A DNA stretch of 64,000 nucleotides, from NCBI GenBank assembly GCA_050260395.1, contig JBLNCC010000058.1, positions 3,466 to 67,465 on the forward strand. The letters run 5' to 3'. Source of the DNA: Betaproteobacteria bacterium. GTDB taxonomy: Bacteria > Bacillota > SHA-98 > UBA4971. How positions within the stretch are numbered: position 1 is the first letter of the stretch; each line of letters begins with the position of its first letter. This document shows, in pieces, positions 29,958 to 40,340 of this stretch. The notes beneath the pieces were generated by a model. It worked only from the letters and a program-made list of their open reading frames with translations, was not told where the DNA came from and searched no databases. Position numbers and translations under genes: made by a program.

Positions 29958-30575
29958 ATGGGGCTTGGTCAGGGAGCCCTCGGTCTTGGAGTGTCCTACC
30001 TTCTTGCTATTGGCTATCTTGTTCTCATGTGGGCCATCGGGCGATATCTTTCAGCGCATTATCCTGAGGAACACAGGGTCCGCTGGGACACGAGGACCAT
30101 CGCCAGGGTCACCATCCTCGCCGCAGTATCTGGTGCCGGTGCGATGATAAAGGTGCCCGGACCCGCTACCACGATAGCTTTGGACGCAGCGGCGGGCTAC
30201 TTTGCGGCCGTGTTCTTCGGCTGGCCGGTGGGTGCGACCGTGGCCGCCATCGGCTGTTTTATCAGCAACGCTCTCGGCGGCTTCGCGAGTTGGCTGCCCA
30301 TGGTGCCGATATACCTCTCAGGGATGGCATTGACTGTGACGCTCACCGCGTTCATGGCGAAGAAGGCGGGGGTCGTGCCGGCCGTCATAGTCGGCACAAT
30401 CGCAAATACGGTGACATGTCTTGGACCCTGGGTCATCATGATTGGCCTGCCCCTTATGATCGCGATCCTTCCTTCGCAGATCATTGGATCTGCAGCGAAC
30501 GCTGCGATCGGTCTGGCTGTGGCTGGGATGCTGAAAACGGCACAGCACAGAAAGCGGCCGGAGCAGGTGGTATAG
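29958..30575 (+). CDS. ECF-transporter S (substrate-capture) component, specificity unknown
   Basis: A ~200-aa protein with about 6 TM segments, immediately upstream of the fused ECF ATPases and the T component. GGAGGT sits 7 nt before the ATG. Confidence 0.6.
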   Translation: MGLGQGALGLGVSYLLAIGYLVLMWAIGRYLSAHYPEEHRVRWDTRTIARVTILAAVSGAGAMIKVPGPATTIALDAAAGYFAAVFFGWPVGATVAAIGCFISNALGGFASWLPMVPIYLSGMALTVTLTAFMAKKAGVVPAVIVGTIANTVTCLGPWVIMIGLPLMIAILPSQIIGSAANAAIGLAVAGMLKTAQHRKRPEQVV

Positions 30576-30629
30576 GGGCGCCGCCAGCGAGTTCCAGCCA
30601 GTTCACGCATAGCCGCAGTTGGTGAAGAG

Positions 30630-32402
30630 GTGTTCCATTTGACAGACAAGGCCGTATGCTTGAAGAACGTGAGGTTCAGGTACAAGGGCTCCAATCGCTG
30701 GGTGCTGGATGGTGTCTCACTCGACGTCGCAAGGGGTGAGTGCGTGGCTGTGCTGGGCCCCACAGGCTCGGGAAAGAGCACCCTGTGCGGAGTGATGAAT
30801 GGCACGGTGCCCCTCTTCCTCGAGGGTGACCTCCAGGGCGATGTGCTTGTGGACGGCATGGTGCCCGCGAAGGTGGGCACCGCGAAGATGGCGGCTCATG
30901 TGGGGCTTGTTTTCGGCGATCCTGACATGCAACTCTTCGGCATGACGGTGGAAGAGGACGTAGCCTTCGGGCCGGCAAACCTCGGGCTGGACTATCCCAC
31001 GATCATGGAGCGCGTTCACAAGAGCCTCGTTGATATGCGCCTTACAGGCCTCGAAAGGCGCGCTCCGTACAGGCTGTCCGGCGGGGAAAGGCAGGCCACG
31101 GCCATCGCCGGGGTATACGCAATGCTGCCTGACATCATGGTCCTTGACGAGCCCACATCCATGCTCGACCCGCAGGGCAAGGCCCGTGTCTTCTCGATTA
31201 TCAAACGATTGAAAGAAGAGCTGGGGATCACGGTCATCCTCGTCGAACAGGAGGTCGACGATGTTCTCGAGCTTGCGGACAGGGTGTTCGTGATGAACGC
31301 GGGCAGATTCGTGCTGCAGGGCACGCCTCGCGAGGTCTTCGGGCGCGTTGCTGAGGTAGCAGCCGCCGGGGTCCGTGTTCCGCACGTGGTCAGATTCGGC
31401 ACCCTGCTCGGTGCGGAAAGGGTTCCATTCACGCTAGACGAGGCCGTCCAGCTCCTGGAGAGCGGTGCTTGGCGGGACATGGGCAATACCGGCGGTGATG
31501 GCCTGCAATGCATGACCGCAGGTCACGCGGCAAGCACTGTCAGCAGGGCAACCTCTCCGGAGCGCCCGCTAGGTGACGTGATCATCGAGGTGAAAGGTCT
31601 CGAGCACAGGTACCCCCAGGGCGCGCTTGCGCTGCGGGGTGTCGACTTGACGATAAGAGAGAGGGAGCTCATCGCTATAATCGGCCAAAACGGCGCGGGC
31701 AAGACTACGTTGACGCGCCACCTCAACGGCTTATTGAAGCCCACGGCAGGCGACGTAAGAATCGGTGGCAGGTCAATCAAAGACCTGACGGCGGCCCAGG
31801 TTTCGCGCACGGTAGGCTATGTGTTCCAGAACCCTGACGAGCAGCTGTTCTGCAACAGTGTAGAGGAAGAGTTGCGTTTCGGCCCTGGCAATGTGGGTAT
31901 CGTCGGTGAAGAACTCGACCAAAGGGTCGAGGAAATCTTGCAAGACATCGGGCTCGCCAGGTACCGCGAGGTGTGGCCCAAGTACCTGACGAAGGGCGAG
32001 CGGCAGAGGCTGGCTCTGGCTTCAGTAGTGGCCATGGACCCTGCCATACTCATCGTGGACGAGCCGACTACCGGCCTTGACTGGCTCGAGTCCCTGCAGA
32101 TCATGGACTACCTGAAGGAACTCCACGATGACCGAGGCAAGACCGTTCTCATAATCACGCACGACATGAACATTGTCAGTTTATATGCCAGACGCGTGGT
32201 TGTTATGGCGGGCGGTCGCGTGGTCGGCGATGGCTCACCGCAGGAAGTGTTTTCGAGTCCTGAGCTCATGGCCGAGGCAAACTTGAAACCACCTGCCATT
32301 GCGGAACTATCGGTCAGGCTATGCGGCCAGGTGGCCCTTACGCCAGAAGAGGCGGTTGAGGCGCTCATGCACCTGAAAACCGCAAGGGAGGGCTTGCAAT
32401 AA
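30630..32402 (+). CDS. ECF transporter ATPase, fused EcfA1-EcfA2 (two ABC domains)
   Basis: Two Walker A boxes ('GPTGSGKST', 'GQNGAGKTT'), two signatures ('LSGGERQ', 'LTKGERQ') and two Walker B boxes ('VLDEPTS', 'IVDEPTT'). Confidence 0.9.
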   Translation: MFHLTDKAVCLKNVRFRYKGSNRWVLDGVSLDVARGECVAVLGPTGSGKSTLCGVMNGTVPLFLEGDLQGDVLVDGMVPAKVGTAKMAAHVGLVFGDPDMQLFGMTVEEDVAFGPANLGLDYPTIMERVHKSLVDMRLTGLERRAPYRLSGGERQATAIAGVYAMLPDIMVLDEPTSMLDPQGKARVFSIIKRLKEELGITVILVEQEVDDVLELADRVFVMNAGRFVLQGTPREVFGRVAEVAAAGVRVPHVVRFGTLLGAERVPFTLDEAVQLLESGAWRDMGNTGGDGLQCMTAGHAASTVSRATSPERPLGDVIIEVKGLEHRYPQGALALRGVDLTIRERELIAIIGQNGAGKTTLTRHLNGLLKPTAGDVRIGGRSIKDLTAAQVSRTVGYVFQNPDEQLFCNSVEEELRFGPGNVGIVGEELDQRVEEILQDIGLARYREVWPKYLTKGERQRLALASVVAMDPAILIVDEPTTGLDWLESLQIMDYLKELHDDRGKTVLIITHDMNIVSLYARRVVVMAGGRVVGDGSPQEVFSSPELMAEANLKPPAIAELSVRLCGQVALTPEEAVEALMHLKTAREGLQ

Positions 32403-33235
32403 TGATAGTCGAGTATGAAAGCAAGAACACCCCCATACACTCGCTCGACCCGAGGGCCAAGATTCTCTGGTTGCTCGTCGTGGTGGTTATCAGCGTCATC
32501 TGGTCGGACCCGGTATACCTCTTCGGGCTTGCCGTAGGCGTCTTCATCTTCGGTGCCGTTGCAAGGTTCCCATGGGAGAAACTCAAAGGCTTCACGGCCT
32601 TCCTGGCTGTGGTGGCGGTGGTCATCACACTCGCTCAGGGTGTGTCGTACACCCCGGCGGTTGCCCACCTGAAAGCACCAGGCCGCGTCCTATTCCATAT
32701 CGTGCCCGCATGGGTACCGGGCATTGGCCCGGCGTGGCCGGTGAAGCTAGGTGGGTTTCTCTACGGCATTGGCATGACTCTCAAGGTTTTCACCGTTCTG
32801 GTGGCAGTGGCCGTGCTTGGGTATGTCACTTCCCCATCAGAGATAGTGCAGCTTATCGCGAGGATTCCCAAAATGCCCTATCAGGTCGGGTTCATAGTCT
32901 CGACAGCATGGAAGTTTGTGCCGGTGGTTCAGGCCCAAATCAGATCGCTCATGGACGCTCACAAGTCCAAGGGGGCCGAGCTCGACAGGGGCAGTTTCGT
33001 GGAGAGACTCAGGAAGACCTCACGAGTGGTGTCCCCTCTGTTTGCAAATGCGCTCTCCATGGCTGATACGCTTGCCCTTGCAATGGAATCGCGCGCTTTC
33101 GGTTCAAGCAAGCGGTTCACGTTCATGCGGCCGTACAGGTTCAAGGCACTCGACTACGTGGTGGTTCTAGCGTGCCTGGGTGCGGCAATCACAAGCATAG
33201 CGGGCCTTGCCCTCTATAAGGTGGGATCGCTCTAA
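32402..33235 (+). CDS. ecfT: ECF transporter T component (CbiQ/EcfT family)
   Basis: Multi-TM protein with 'DPRAKILWLL' and 'ALAMESRAFG' (EcfT Ala-Arg-Gly motif region). 1-nt overlap with the ATPase stop. Confidence 0.85.
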   Translation: MIVEYESKNTPIHSLDPRAKILWLLVVVVISVIWSDPVYLFGLAVGVFIFGAVARFPWEKLKGFTAFLAVVAVVITLAQGVSYTPAVAHLKAPGRVLFHIVPAWVPGIGPAWPVKLGGFLYGIGMTLKVFTVLVAVAVLGYVTSPSEIVQLIARIPKMPYQVGFIVSTAWKFVPVVQAQIRSLMDAHKSKGAELDRGSFVERLRKTSRVVSPLFANALSMADTLALAMESRAFGSSKRFTFMRPYRFKALDYVVVLACLGAAITSIAGLALYKVGSL

Positions 33236-33238
33236 GGT

Positions 33239-34204
33239 ATGAAAACCGTCGTGGCGCTGGGGGCTGCTGCCATCGATATGGTGTTCAAAGTGGATCGGCT
33301 TCCGAGGCCCGACGAGATGGTATTCGCTGAGGATGGCCCACATCTCCTACCGGGCGGTTCAACAGCGAACATCGCGGTGGGCCTGGCTCGCCTGGGACTG
33401 TCCCCGCGGTTCGTAGGGAAGGTCGGACCCGATGACAACGGGCAGCGACTCCTCAAGGCATTCAGGCAGGACAACGTGGATACATCATTCGTGCTTGTGG
33501 ATGGCCAGGGAAGGACCTCCGAAACCATCATCGCCGTTGATCGCAACGGGGCGCGGGTCATCTTCTCGCTGGGCGGGACGGCTATCCTTGAGAAGCCGGA
33601 TGAGTTTCGGGCGGAAGCGCTCGCAGGCGCACAGGTCCTCTACGTGGGTGAGGCGATACCATCCGTCGGGGTGAGGGCGATGAGAGCGGCAAGAGACGTC
33701 GGAGCCCTCGTGGTTTACGGCCCGGGCGGGGCCTTCTCCGGTCTCGGGATGAGCACGCTCGGCGAGATGATTGCCCTCGCTGACTATCTAGTGCTCAGCC
33801 GAGGGGAGGCGCGTTTGCTCACTGGAGAGGACGATCTCGATGCAGCGGTTGGAAGGCTCATGGCTGCAGGCGCCAAGCGTGTCGTGGTAACGCAGGGAGA
33901 CCGCGGGGCAGATCTTTTCGAGCGACACATGCGGGGACCTTCGGCAGCGAGGACCGTTGACAAATGGCACCGGGATGCTTTGAAGGTTCCCGTTGTGGAT
34001 ACCACCGGTGCCGGGGACGCATTCACGGCGGGGTTCATACGCGGTCTTGTGAGCGGGCTCGACAAAGACCGCTGCCTCGCCCTGGGCAACGCATGCGGAG
34101 CGCTGGCGGTGTCAAAGGTGGGAGCAAGGGAGGCCATGCCGACCTGGGACGAGGTTAGTCCCTACATCGAGTCGCTGGAAAGAGGGGGGTGCTCCCGCGC
34201 ATGA
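33239..34204 (+). CDS. PfkB-family (ribokinase-like) carbohydrate kinase
   Basis: 'GGSTANIAVGLARLG' and 'VDTTGAGDAFTAGFIRG'. Confidence 0.85.
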   Translation: MKTVVALGAAAIDMVFKVDRLPRPDEMVFAEDGPHLLPGGSTANIAVGLARLGLSPRFVGKVGPDDNGQRLLKAFRQDNVDTSFVLVDGQGRTSETIIAVDRNGARVIFSLGGTAILEKPDEFRAEALAGAQVLYVGEAIPSVGVRAMRAARDVGALVVYGPGGAFSGLGMSTLGEMIALADYLVLSRGEARLLTGEDDLDAAVGRLMAAGAKRVVVTQGDRGADLFERHMRGPSAARTVDKWHRDALKVPVVDTTGAGDAFTAGFIRGLVSGLDKDRCLALGNACGALAVSKVGAREAMPTWDEVSPYIESLERGGCSRA

Positions 34205-35232
34205 GTGACGAGCTCTTGGCGAGGGCTGCAGGCTGCCTTGCAGGAGTGGCAGTTGGAGACGCAATGGGAATGCCGGTGGAATTCCTGACCAGGGAAGAGA
34301 TCAAGGCGCGGTTCAGCAGGGTCGACCGGTTTCTCGAGCCCCCGCCAGGCCACATCCACACGGGAACACCCCCGGGTCGAGTGACGGACGACACGGAACA
34401 GACCTGGGCGCTTGCGAGAGCGCTCGTGGCTTCGGGACGGATCACGCCACGTGTGGCGGCCGACGCATATCTAGAATGGGCGGACCGTGTGAACGCGTTC
34501 GACACGTCCTTCCTCGGCCCCAGCTCAAGAGGCGCGCTTGAACGCCTGCGTGCGGGCGAAGACCCGGCGCGCACCGGCGACAAGGGAGCCACCGTGGGGG
34601 CGGCTATGCGAGTCGCGCCGATCGGCATCGTCAATGCGGGGGATGCGGAGGCGGCCGCGTGTGAGGCATACTTCTCATCCCTGCCCACGCACGGCGTGAA
34701 CATCGCAATAGCGGGAGCCTGCGCCGTGGCGGCGGGCGTGGCGTGTGCAGTGGCCGGGAGACCGCTCGAGGCTGTCGTGGAGGCTGCCGTGGCTGGTGCG
34801 GCGTACGGGCAAGGCTTGGGCGTTCAGTGGGCGGGCGCGACGGTTCCCGCACGCATGAGGCTTGCTCTCGACCTTGTCTCGCACAACAAGAGCGAGCCGG
34901 AGAGAGCTGAGGAGGCCCTCTACGAGACCGTCGGGGTTGGCATGTACCCCACCGAGCTCGTGGCGACCGCCCTAGGCCTCGTGGTGCTTTACGACGGGCG
35001 GCCCCACCTTGCGATCCCGGCCGCCGCAAGCATGGGCGGTGACACAGACACGCTTGCGGCGATAGTAGGTGCGCTTTCAGGGGCGCTTGGCGGCATTGGT
35101 GCCTTGCCAGCCCAGTGGGTGGCGGCGGTGGAGCGAGTAAACGACCTCGACTGCGAAGCTCTCGCGTCACAGCTCATTGCGACTCGTGCTCACAGGCTGG
35201 ATGCCGGAAGTGTTCGGAGGGACGAATGGTGA
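34201..35232 (+). CDS. ADP-ribosylglycohydrolase-family protein
   Basis: 'AGCLAGVAVGDAMGMPVEF', 'VTDDTEQT' and 'MGGDTDTLAAIVGALSGALGG'. ATGA overlap with the kinase. Confidence 0.85.
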   Translation: MSDELLARAAGCLAGVAVGDAMGMPVEFLTREEIKARFSRVDRFLEPPPGHIHTGTPPGRVTDDTEQTWALARALVASGRITPRVAADAYLEWADRVNAFDTSFLGPSSRGALERLRAGEDPARTGDKGATVGAAMRVAPIGIVNAGDAEAAACEAYFSSLPTHGVNIAIAGACAVAAGVACAVAGRPLEAVVEAAVAGAAYGQGLGVQWAGATVPARMRLALDLVSHNKSEPERAEEALYETVGVGMYPTELVATALGLVVLYDGRPHLAIPAAASMGGDTDTLAAIVGALSGALGGIGALPAQWVAAVERVNDLDCEALASQLIATRAHRLDAGSVRRDEW

Positions 35233-35987
35233 CAGGCAAGGAAGTCAGGTTGCGGAGGATTTTCAGGAGGGGCAGAAGCTTCATAAGCGCCCTTGACTAT
35301 GGAGGTTTCATGGGGCCTGCCCCGGGGATAGAGGATCCCGGGGCGATCGTGCGGCAGGTGGTGAACGGCGGGGCCGATGCCATCCTTGTGAACCCCGGTG
35401 TTGCTAGGAGCGAGTGGGCGACCTACGCTGGGCGGTGCGGCCTCATAATCCGGCTCACCGGCGGCGCAACGCGGTACAATCCGAATATGTCCTACCACGC
35501 GCTCGTGTGCGGAGTGGAAGAAGCTGTGTCCTTGGGCGCTGACGCGGTGTGCATCATGGTCCTGGTGGGCGCGCCGGAGGAGCAGCGCATGTTCGAGAAC
35601 ATGGCCGAGGTGATATCGCAGGCGACGAGATATGGGTTGCCTGTGCTCGCCGAGGTCATTCCAGCCGACATGAACATGAGCCATGATCCGGAGTGCATAG
35701 CCGTTTGTGCCAGAGTAGGCTACGAGCTTGGCGCGGACTTTGTCAAGACCTACTTTACTGGCCAGGGATTCGACAGGATCGTAAGGGCATGTAAGATTCC
35801 CATAGTGATCGCCGGCGGGCCCCGGACTTCGGACCCTATCTGCGTGGCGAGGGAAGCGCTCAACGCGGGGGCCGCGGGGATCGCATTTGGCCGCAACGTT
35901 TTCGAGGCCGCCGACCCTGAGGCTATGGCGCGCGAGCTTGCGCGCGTGGTCCACGAAGGCGGGCGAGAGGAAGTGGCTGTGCGGTGA
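35226..35987 (+). CDS. Class I aldolase of the DhnA/FbaB/LsrF (DeoC/LacD) family
   Basis: 'ISALDYG', 'GADAILV', 'GADFVKTYFTG' (Schiff-base Lys context) and 'AGIAFGRNVF'. Confidence 0.75.
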   Translation: MVTGKEVRLRRIFRRGRSFISALDYGGFMGPAPGIEDPGAIVRQVVNGGADAILVNPGVARSEWATYAGRCGLIIRLTGGATRYNPNMSYHALVCGVEEAVSLGADAVCIMVLVGAPEEQRMFENMAEVISQATRYGLPVLAEVIPADMNMSHDPECIAVCARVGYELGADFVKTYFTGQGFDRIVRACKIPIVIAGGPRTSDPICVAREALNAGAAGIAFGRNVFEAADPEAMARELARVVHEGGREEVAVR

Positions 35988-37027
35988 AGGCGGCGGTTTA
36001 CTACGGCCCGAGGGACGTCCGGGTGGAGAACGTCTCAGAACCTGCTCTCGAGCCCGGCGAGGCCCTGTTGAAGGTCATGTTCTGTGGAGTCTGCGGAACC
36101 GACATAAAGACGTACCTGAGGGGGCACCCAATGTTCGAGCCGCCCTGCATCCTCGGTCACGAGCCAGTCGGCGAGATCGTCGAGATGCGCCCGGGGAACG
36201 ACGCGCGCGGGACGGGACGCGTGTCCGTGGGCGACGTCGTGGCCGTCGCGCCCTACGTTCCGTGCGACAAGTGCCGGCTGTGCCTCAAGGGCAGGCAGGA
36301 GATGTGCGCATCGAAGGAGGGGATAGCTGGCGCGTTTTGCGAGTACATCAGGCTGCCCGGCGAAGTCCTGGCGAAAGGCGTGTGCAAAGTCCCTGGGGGC
36401 CTGTCGCCAAGGGCGGCCTGTCTTGCCGAGCCGGTGGCGTGCTGCCTGAACGCGATCGAGGCCACACCGTTCGACCCGGGGGACTGCGTGCTCATCAACG
36501 GCACCGGCCCGATGGGACTCCTCATGCTAGAGCTGTGCAAAATCAGGGGCGCAGGGGCGATCTTCGTAAGCGAACCCGGCGAGACCAGACGTCTGGAAGC
36601 CGTCCGGCGCGGGGCACAAGTCATCGACCCCCGGGTCGAGGACGTGCGCAACCGGGTGAACGCGGAAACCGGAGGTGACGGGGCGGATGCCGCTTTTGTG
36701 TGCGTAGGTGCGGCTGGCGCACTCGAGGACGCCGTGGCATCGGTCCGTCCGGGCGGCAGAGTCAACCTATTCGGTGGATTCCCTGGCGGGTCCGAGGTAC
36801 CTCTGGACCCCAACGCGATCCACTACCGCGAGGTAATGCTCCTCGGTAGCTTCGGCTTTGCCCCGCGTCACTTCCACATGGCGATTCGGCTTCTCGCGTC
36901 GGGAAGACTGGACGTTTCAGGCCTCTTGAGCCAGGAGTTCAGCCTCGACGACGTCGGGCTTGCCCTGGATACCGGTGCCTCCGGAGAGACGCTGAAGGTG
37001 CTCTTGAGGATGGACGGGGATGAATAG
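35984..37027 (+). CDS. Zn-dependent medium-chain dehydrogenase (sorbitol/threonine-DH-like)
   Basis: 'CGVCGTDIK', 'GHEPVGEIVEM', structural-Zn 'CDKCRLCLKGRQEMC' and 'INGTGPMGLL'. Confidence 0.85.
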   Translation: MKAAVYYGPRDVRVENVSEPALEPGEALLKVMFCGVCGTDIKTYLRGHPMFEPPCILGHEPVGEIVEMRPGNDARGTGRVSVGDVVAVAPYVPCDKCRLCLKGRQEMCASKEGIAGAFCEYIRLPGEVLAKGVCKVPGGLSPRAACLAEPVACCLNAIEATPFDPGDCVLINGTGPMGLLMLELCKIRGAGAIFVSEPGETRRLEAVRRGAQVIDPRVEDVRNRVNAETGGDGADAAFVCVGAAGALEDAVASVRPGGRVNLFGGFPGGSEVPLDPNAIHYREVMLLGSFGFAPRHFHMAIRLLASGRLDVSGLLSQEFSLDDVGLALDTGASGETLKVLLRMDGDE

Positions 37028-38606
37028 AAACAGAAACGAAGCATATGTCGGGATCGATGTCGGAACCTCGTCTGTGAAAGTCGGGCTTCTTGTGGGAGAC
37101 TCGTACCACGTGGTGACCCGTCCCGCGGGACTCACCACGTCACGAGCTGGCGGTGCCGAGCAGGACGCTCGCGGGCTGTGGGCTACGGTCGCGGGAGCGG
37201 TCCGGGAGGTAGTGCACGCCGCAGGCGATGACGTGCACGTACGGGCGGTCGGTCTCTCGGGACACAGCCCCTCCCTGGTTGCGGCCGTGCCTTCTGGAGA
37301 CCCGCTCACGCCCGTGATCACGTGGATGGATAGAAGGCCGCTTCTCGATGGGCGCGGAAACCCTGCACCCCTGGACGGCAGCGCCGATTATCGTGCGCAA
37401 GGGCCGTCGTTCGAGGCGACCGCGCGGTGGCTCGCAAGCCTTCGTGCGCTCCAGGCGGAGAGCGGGTGGGTCCTCCTTCAGCCGAAGGACTTCATTGCCC
37501 TTCGCCTCACCGGCCGGGCGTGCATCGATTCATCGTCAGCCTCGTGCTTCTCCTGGTACGATCCTGCAAGAGGCTGGGATGTCCGTGGCGGACACGACGT
37601 CGCCACCTTCCTGCCCTCGGTCGTTCACCCCTGGGAGGCGTGCGGGACGGTCACTCATGAGGCCGCCCGCGAAACCGGGCTCCCCGCCGGCATCCCGGTG
37701 GCTCCGGGCGGCATAGATGCCGTTATGGAAGCTCTGGGCGCCGGGATCCTCGGGCCAGGTGCAGCTTGCGACGCCACGGGCACGTCGACGTGCGTGTCGC
37801 TGGTCTGTCCAGCTGAAGAAGGTCAGGGCAGCTGCATGTGCCACGTTGCGCCCGGCAGATTCCTTCGCGTAGCCCCGGTATCATACACCGGGGGCTCGCT
37901 TAAGTGGGCCCTATCGGTCCTTTTCCCCGCTGAGGCAAGCGCGACCTACGACTGGAGGGAGTTGGTAACCGAGGCCGTTGCGGCGTCACGGCCAGGAGCT
38001 TCGGGCCTTCTCTTCATCCCGCACTTGGTGGGCCAACGGAGCCCGAAGGCGAACCCACATGCTCGAGGCGCATTCGTCGGGCTCGAGCCCAAACACACCA
38101 GGGCTGACATGTTGAGGGCGGTACTTGAGGGTTGCTCGTACGCTGTAAGGGAGAGCCTTGAAGCAACGAGCTGCCACCAGATGACTGCGGAGATGAGGGC
38201 GGTGGGTTCCGGGGCGAGGCATGATCCATGGCTCCAGATTAAGGCGGATGTGCTCGGTATCCCCTATAAGGGGATGTCAATCACAGAGGGGGCCGTGCTC
38301 GGGGCCATCGTCCTCGCCGGGCACTGTTGCGGGGATTTCGCGTCGCTCGAGGAGGCAACCAGGCGTCTTGTCAGCTCCAGGCGGGTTTTCGAGCCTTGCG
38401 ACGACGTGCGCCGCGTCTATGACGTCATGTATGAGGCGTATCGAGAAGCAAGCATTGGTCTTGAGCGCGCCCAAGAGGTTTTGACGGGCACTCGGACGGA
38501 CATTTGCTGGGAGGAAGCCCCCGCTCCCGAGACTGGCCCTGGCCTCCAGGCGCACGCTCTGATGCGGGACACGGAGGACGAGGCATGCCAAGAGACATCA
38601 AGTTGA
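37020..38606 (+). CDS. FGGY-family carbohydrate kinase (xylulokinase/LsrK-like)
   Basis: 'VGIDVGTSSVKVGLL', 'GIDAVMEALGAG' and 'AVGSGARHDPWLQIKADVLG'. Confidence 0.85.
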   Translation: MNRNRNEAYVGIDVGTSSVKVGLLVGDSYHVVTRPAGLTTSRAGGAEQDARGLWATVAGAVREVVHAAGDDVHVRAVGLSGHSPSLVAAVPSGDPLTPVITWMDRRPLLDGRGNPAPLDGSADYRAQGPSFEATARWLASLRALQAESGWVLLQPKDFIALRLTGRACIDSSSASCFSWYDPARGWDVRGGHDVATFLPSVVHPWEACGTVTHEAARETGLPAGIPVAPGGIDAVMEALGAGILGPGAACDATGTSTCVSLVCPAEEGQGSCMCHVAPGRFLRVAPVSYTGGSLKWALSVLFPAEASATYDWRELVTEAVAASRPGASGLLFIPHLVGQRSPKANPHARGAFVGLEPKHTRADMLRAVLEGCSYAVRESLEATSCHQMTAEMRAVGSGARHDPWLQIKADVLGIPYKGMSITEGAVLGAIVLAGHCCGDFASLEEATRRLVSSRRVFEPCDDVRRVYDVMYEAYREASIGLERAQEVLTGTRTDICWEEAPAPETGPGLQAHALMRDTEDEACQETSS

Positions 38607-39829
38607 TGACGTTGAGCTTGTTCTTGTGGGGGTGGGGGTACGGCCTTTACGCCTACGTCTTTCCCCTGTACATACGGTCACTGGGCGCTTCGCCGGGGCA
38701 GGTTGGGGTCGTCTACTCCGTCATGATGGTCGCCTTGGCTTTGTCGTACATCCCTGGTGGCGTCATCGCGGACAAGTACGAGAGAAAGCGGACGATGATT
38801 CTTTCCTGGCTCGTTGGGGTTCCGGCGCCTCTTCTGTACTATTTCGCCCGGGACTACAAGGTTGTCGCGGCCGCATCGGCGCTTTACTCGTTGTCCATGA
38901 TAGGCTACCCCGCGATGAACGCGTACGCAGCGACGAGAGCGCCGGCGGGCATGTCCGGCCTCGTGTTCGGCGTCATCAACTCCGGTTATGCAGCGGGAAT
39001 GATAGCCAGCCCCATATTGGGTGGATGGCTTGCACAGGTAATCGGCACGCGCAACGTCTTCCTTATCACGTTCGTGTTTTTCCTAGCTTCCGTCGCTGTG
39101 CTGTGTCTTGTTGACCAACAGGCGCCAAGTGCTTCCAGCTCTCATGGTTCAGCCCATACAGAAGACGCAGCAGCAGGCTACGCAGGTCTTCTGCGGCAAA
39201 AGCGATTCGTGAGGTTTGTAGTCACGTACTCATGCATGGCGGTTGCCTACTACATGATCCAACCTCTCATACCCCAGTACCTTGGGGACGAAATGGGAAC
39301 GAGCTTCGCGTTTATAGGGCTCACCGGCTCCATTATGTCGCTGGGTCAGGCGGTCATAACGGTCATACTCGGTCGGTGCGCGGATAAGTGGGGTACCGTT
39401 GTTGCTCTTGGGGGCAACGCGCTCGTGTTCTCCGCTGCCATGCTGGGCCTCGTGACGGTACGAAGCCTTGTGCCGCTCGCTGGAGTTCTCTTCTTCGCAG
39501 GCGCATTCATGGCTGGACAAGGGGTTGCACTTGCCGGCGTCGGAGAGGTTCTCGGTGGGTCGGCCACGGGGCGTGCTTTCGGGCTTTTCAATCTGGCGGT
39601 CGCCACAAGTTCGATCATCGGGCCGTACGCTGGTGGGGTCTTGTACGAGCGGTCTTCGGCGGCGCCCTTTCTTGCATGCGGAGCAGCGTTCGTGGTGCTG
39701 TCCCTGGTCTTGTTCTTCAATGAACGCGGACCACACCACAATGAGGAGGTGGTTCATGCTGGAACACCTGCGGGTTTGGACGATTCTCCGTCAACCAACT
39801 CTTATCTAGGAGGGACAAGAGATGCGTAG
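38585..39829 (+). CDS. MFS transporter
   Basis: 12-TM pattern with 'GGVIADKYERKRTM' (MFS loop 2-3 motif). The start overlaps the end of the FGGY gene. Confidence 0.8.
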   Translation: MPRDIKLMTLSLFLWGWGYGLYAYVFPLYIRSLGASPGQVGVVYSVMMVALALSYIPGGVIADKYERKRTMILSWLVGVPAPLLYYFARDYKVVAAASALYSLSMIGYPAMNAYAATRAPAGMSGLVFGVINSGYAAGMIASPILGGWLAQVIGTRNVFLITFVFFLASVAVLCLVDQQAPSASSSHGSAHTEDAAAGYAGLLRQKRFVRFVVTYSCMAVAYYMIQPLIPQYLGDEMGTSFAFIGLTGSIMSLGQAVITVILGRCADKWGTVVALGGNALVFSAAMLGLVTVRSLVPLAGVLFFAGAFMAGQGVALAGVGEVLGGSATGRAFGLFNLAVATSSIIGPYAGGVLYERSSAAPFLACGAAFVVLSLVLFFNERGPHHNEEVVHAGTPAGLDDSPSTNSYLGGTRDA

Positions 39830-40340
39830 GACTTTCATCTGGTTCGTGATCATCTGTCTCGTTGCGGGCATTGCGCCTATCGGTTTCGCTGAGACGCCAA
39901 AGCCTGCGGGGAAAGTGGTGCTTACTGTAACCGGAGATATCACGGTCAAGAACTCCGATACTGGGTTCGAGTTCGACATGGCGATGCTGGAGGGACTCGG
40001 CCTGACCAAGTACGAAGTCAAAGACCCATGGCTCGGCAAGAAGGTGTATGAGGGAGTCCTCATCAGCACCATACTTGAATACGCTGGAGCGGCGGACACA
40101 GCGGATGAGGTGATCGTCGTGGCGAAGGACGGGAAGAAGGTTTCCGTCAAGGTTGCCGACGCGATCAAGTATCCGATCATGCTTGCGACGAAAGACGGTG
40201 GCAAGGCCATAGGAAGCGGCCTTGGCGGTCCGGTGAAGCTGGTGTTCCCGTACGGTACGCACCCAGAAGTAGAGAAAATCCACGACAAGAATGACTGGAA
40301 CTGGTATGTCGTGACCTTAGAGGTGAAAGCGAAGTCATGA
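39822..40340 (+). CDS. Secreted protein with an oxidoreductase-molybdopterin-binding-like domain
   Basis: Signal peptide 'MRRTFIWFVIICLVAGIAPIGFA', then 'VLTVTG', 'YEGVLISTILEYAG', 'VVAKDGKK' and 'GGPVKLVFP'. Confidence 0.55.
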   Translation: MRRTFIWFVIICLVAGIAPIGFAETPKPAGKVVLTVTGDITVKNSDTGFEFDMAMLEGLGLTKYEVKDPWLGKKVYEGVLISTILEYAGAADTADEVIVVAKDGKKVSVKVADAIKYPIMLATKDGGKAIGSGLGGPVKLVFPYGTHPEVEKIHDKNDWNWYVVTLEVKAKS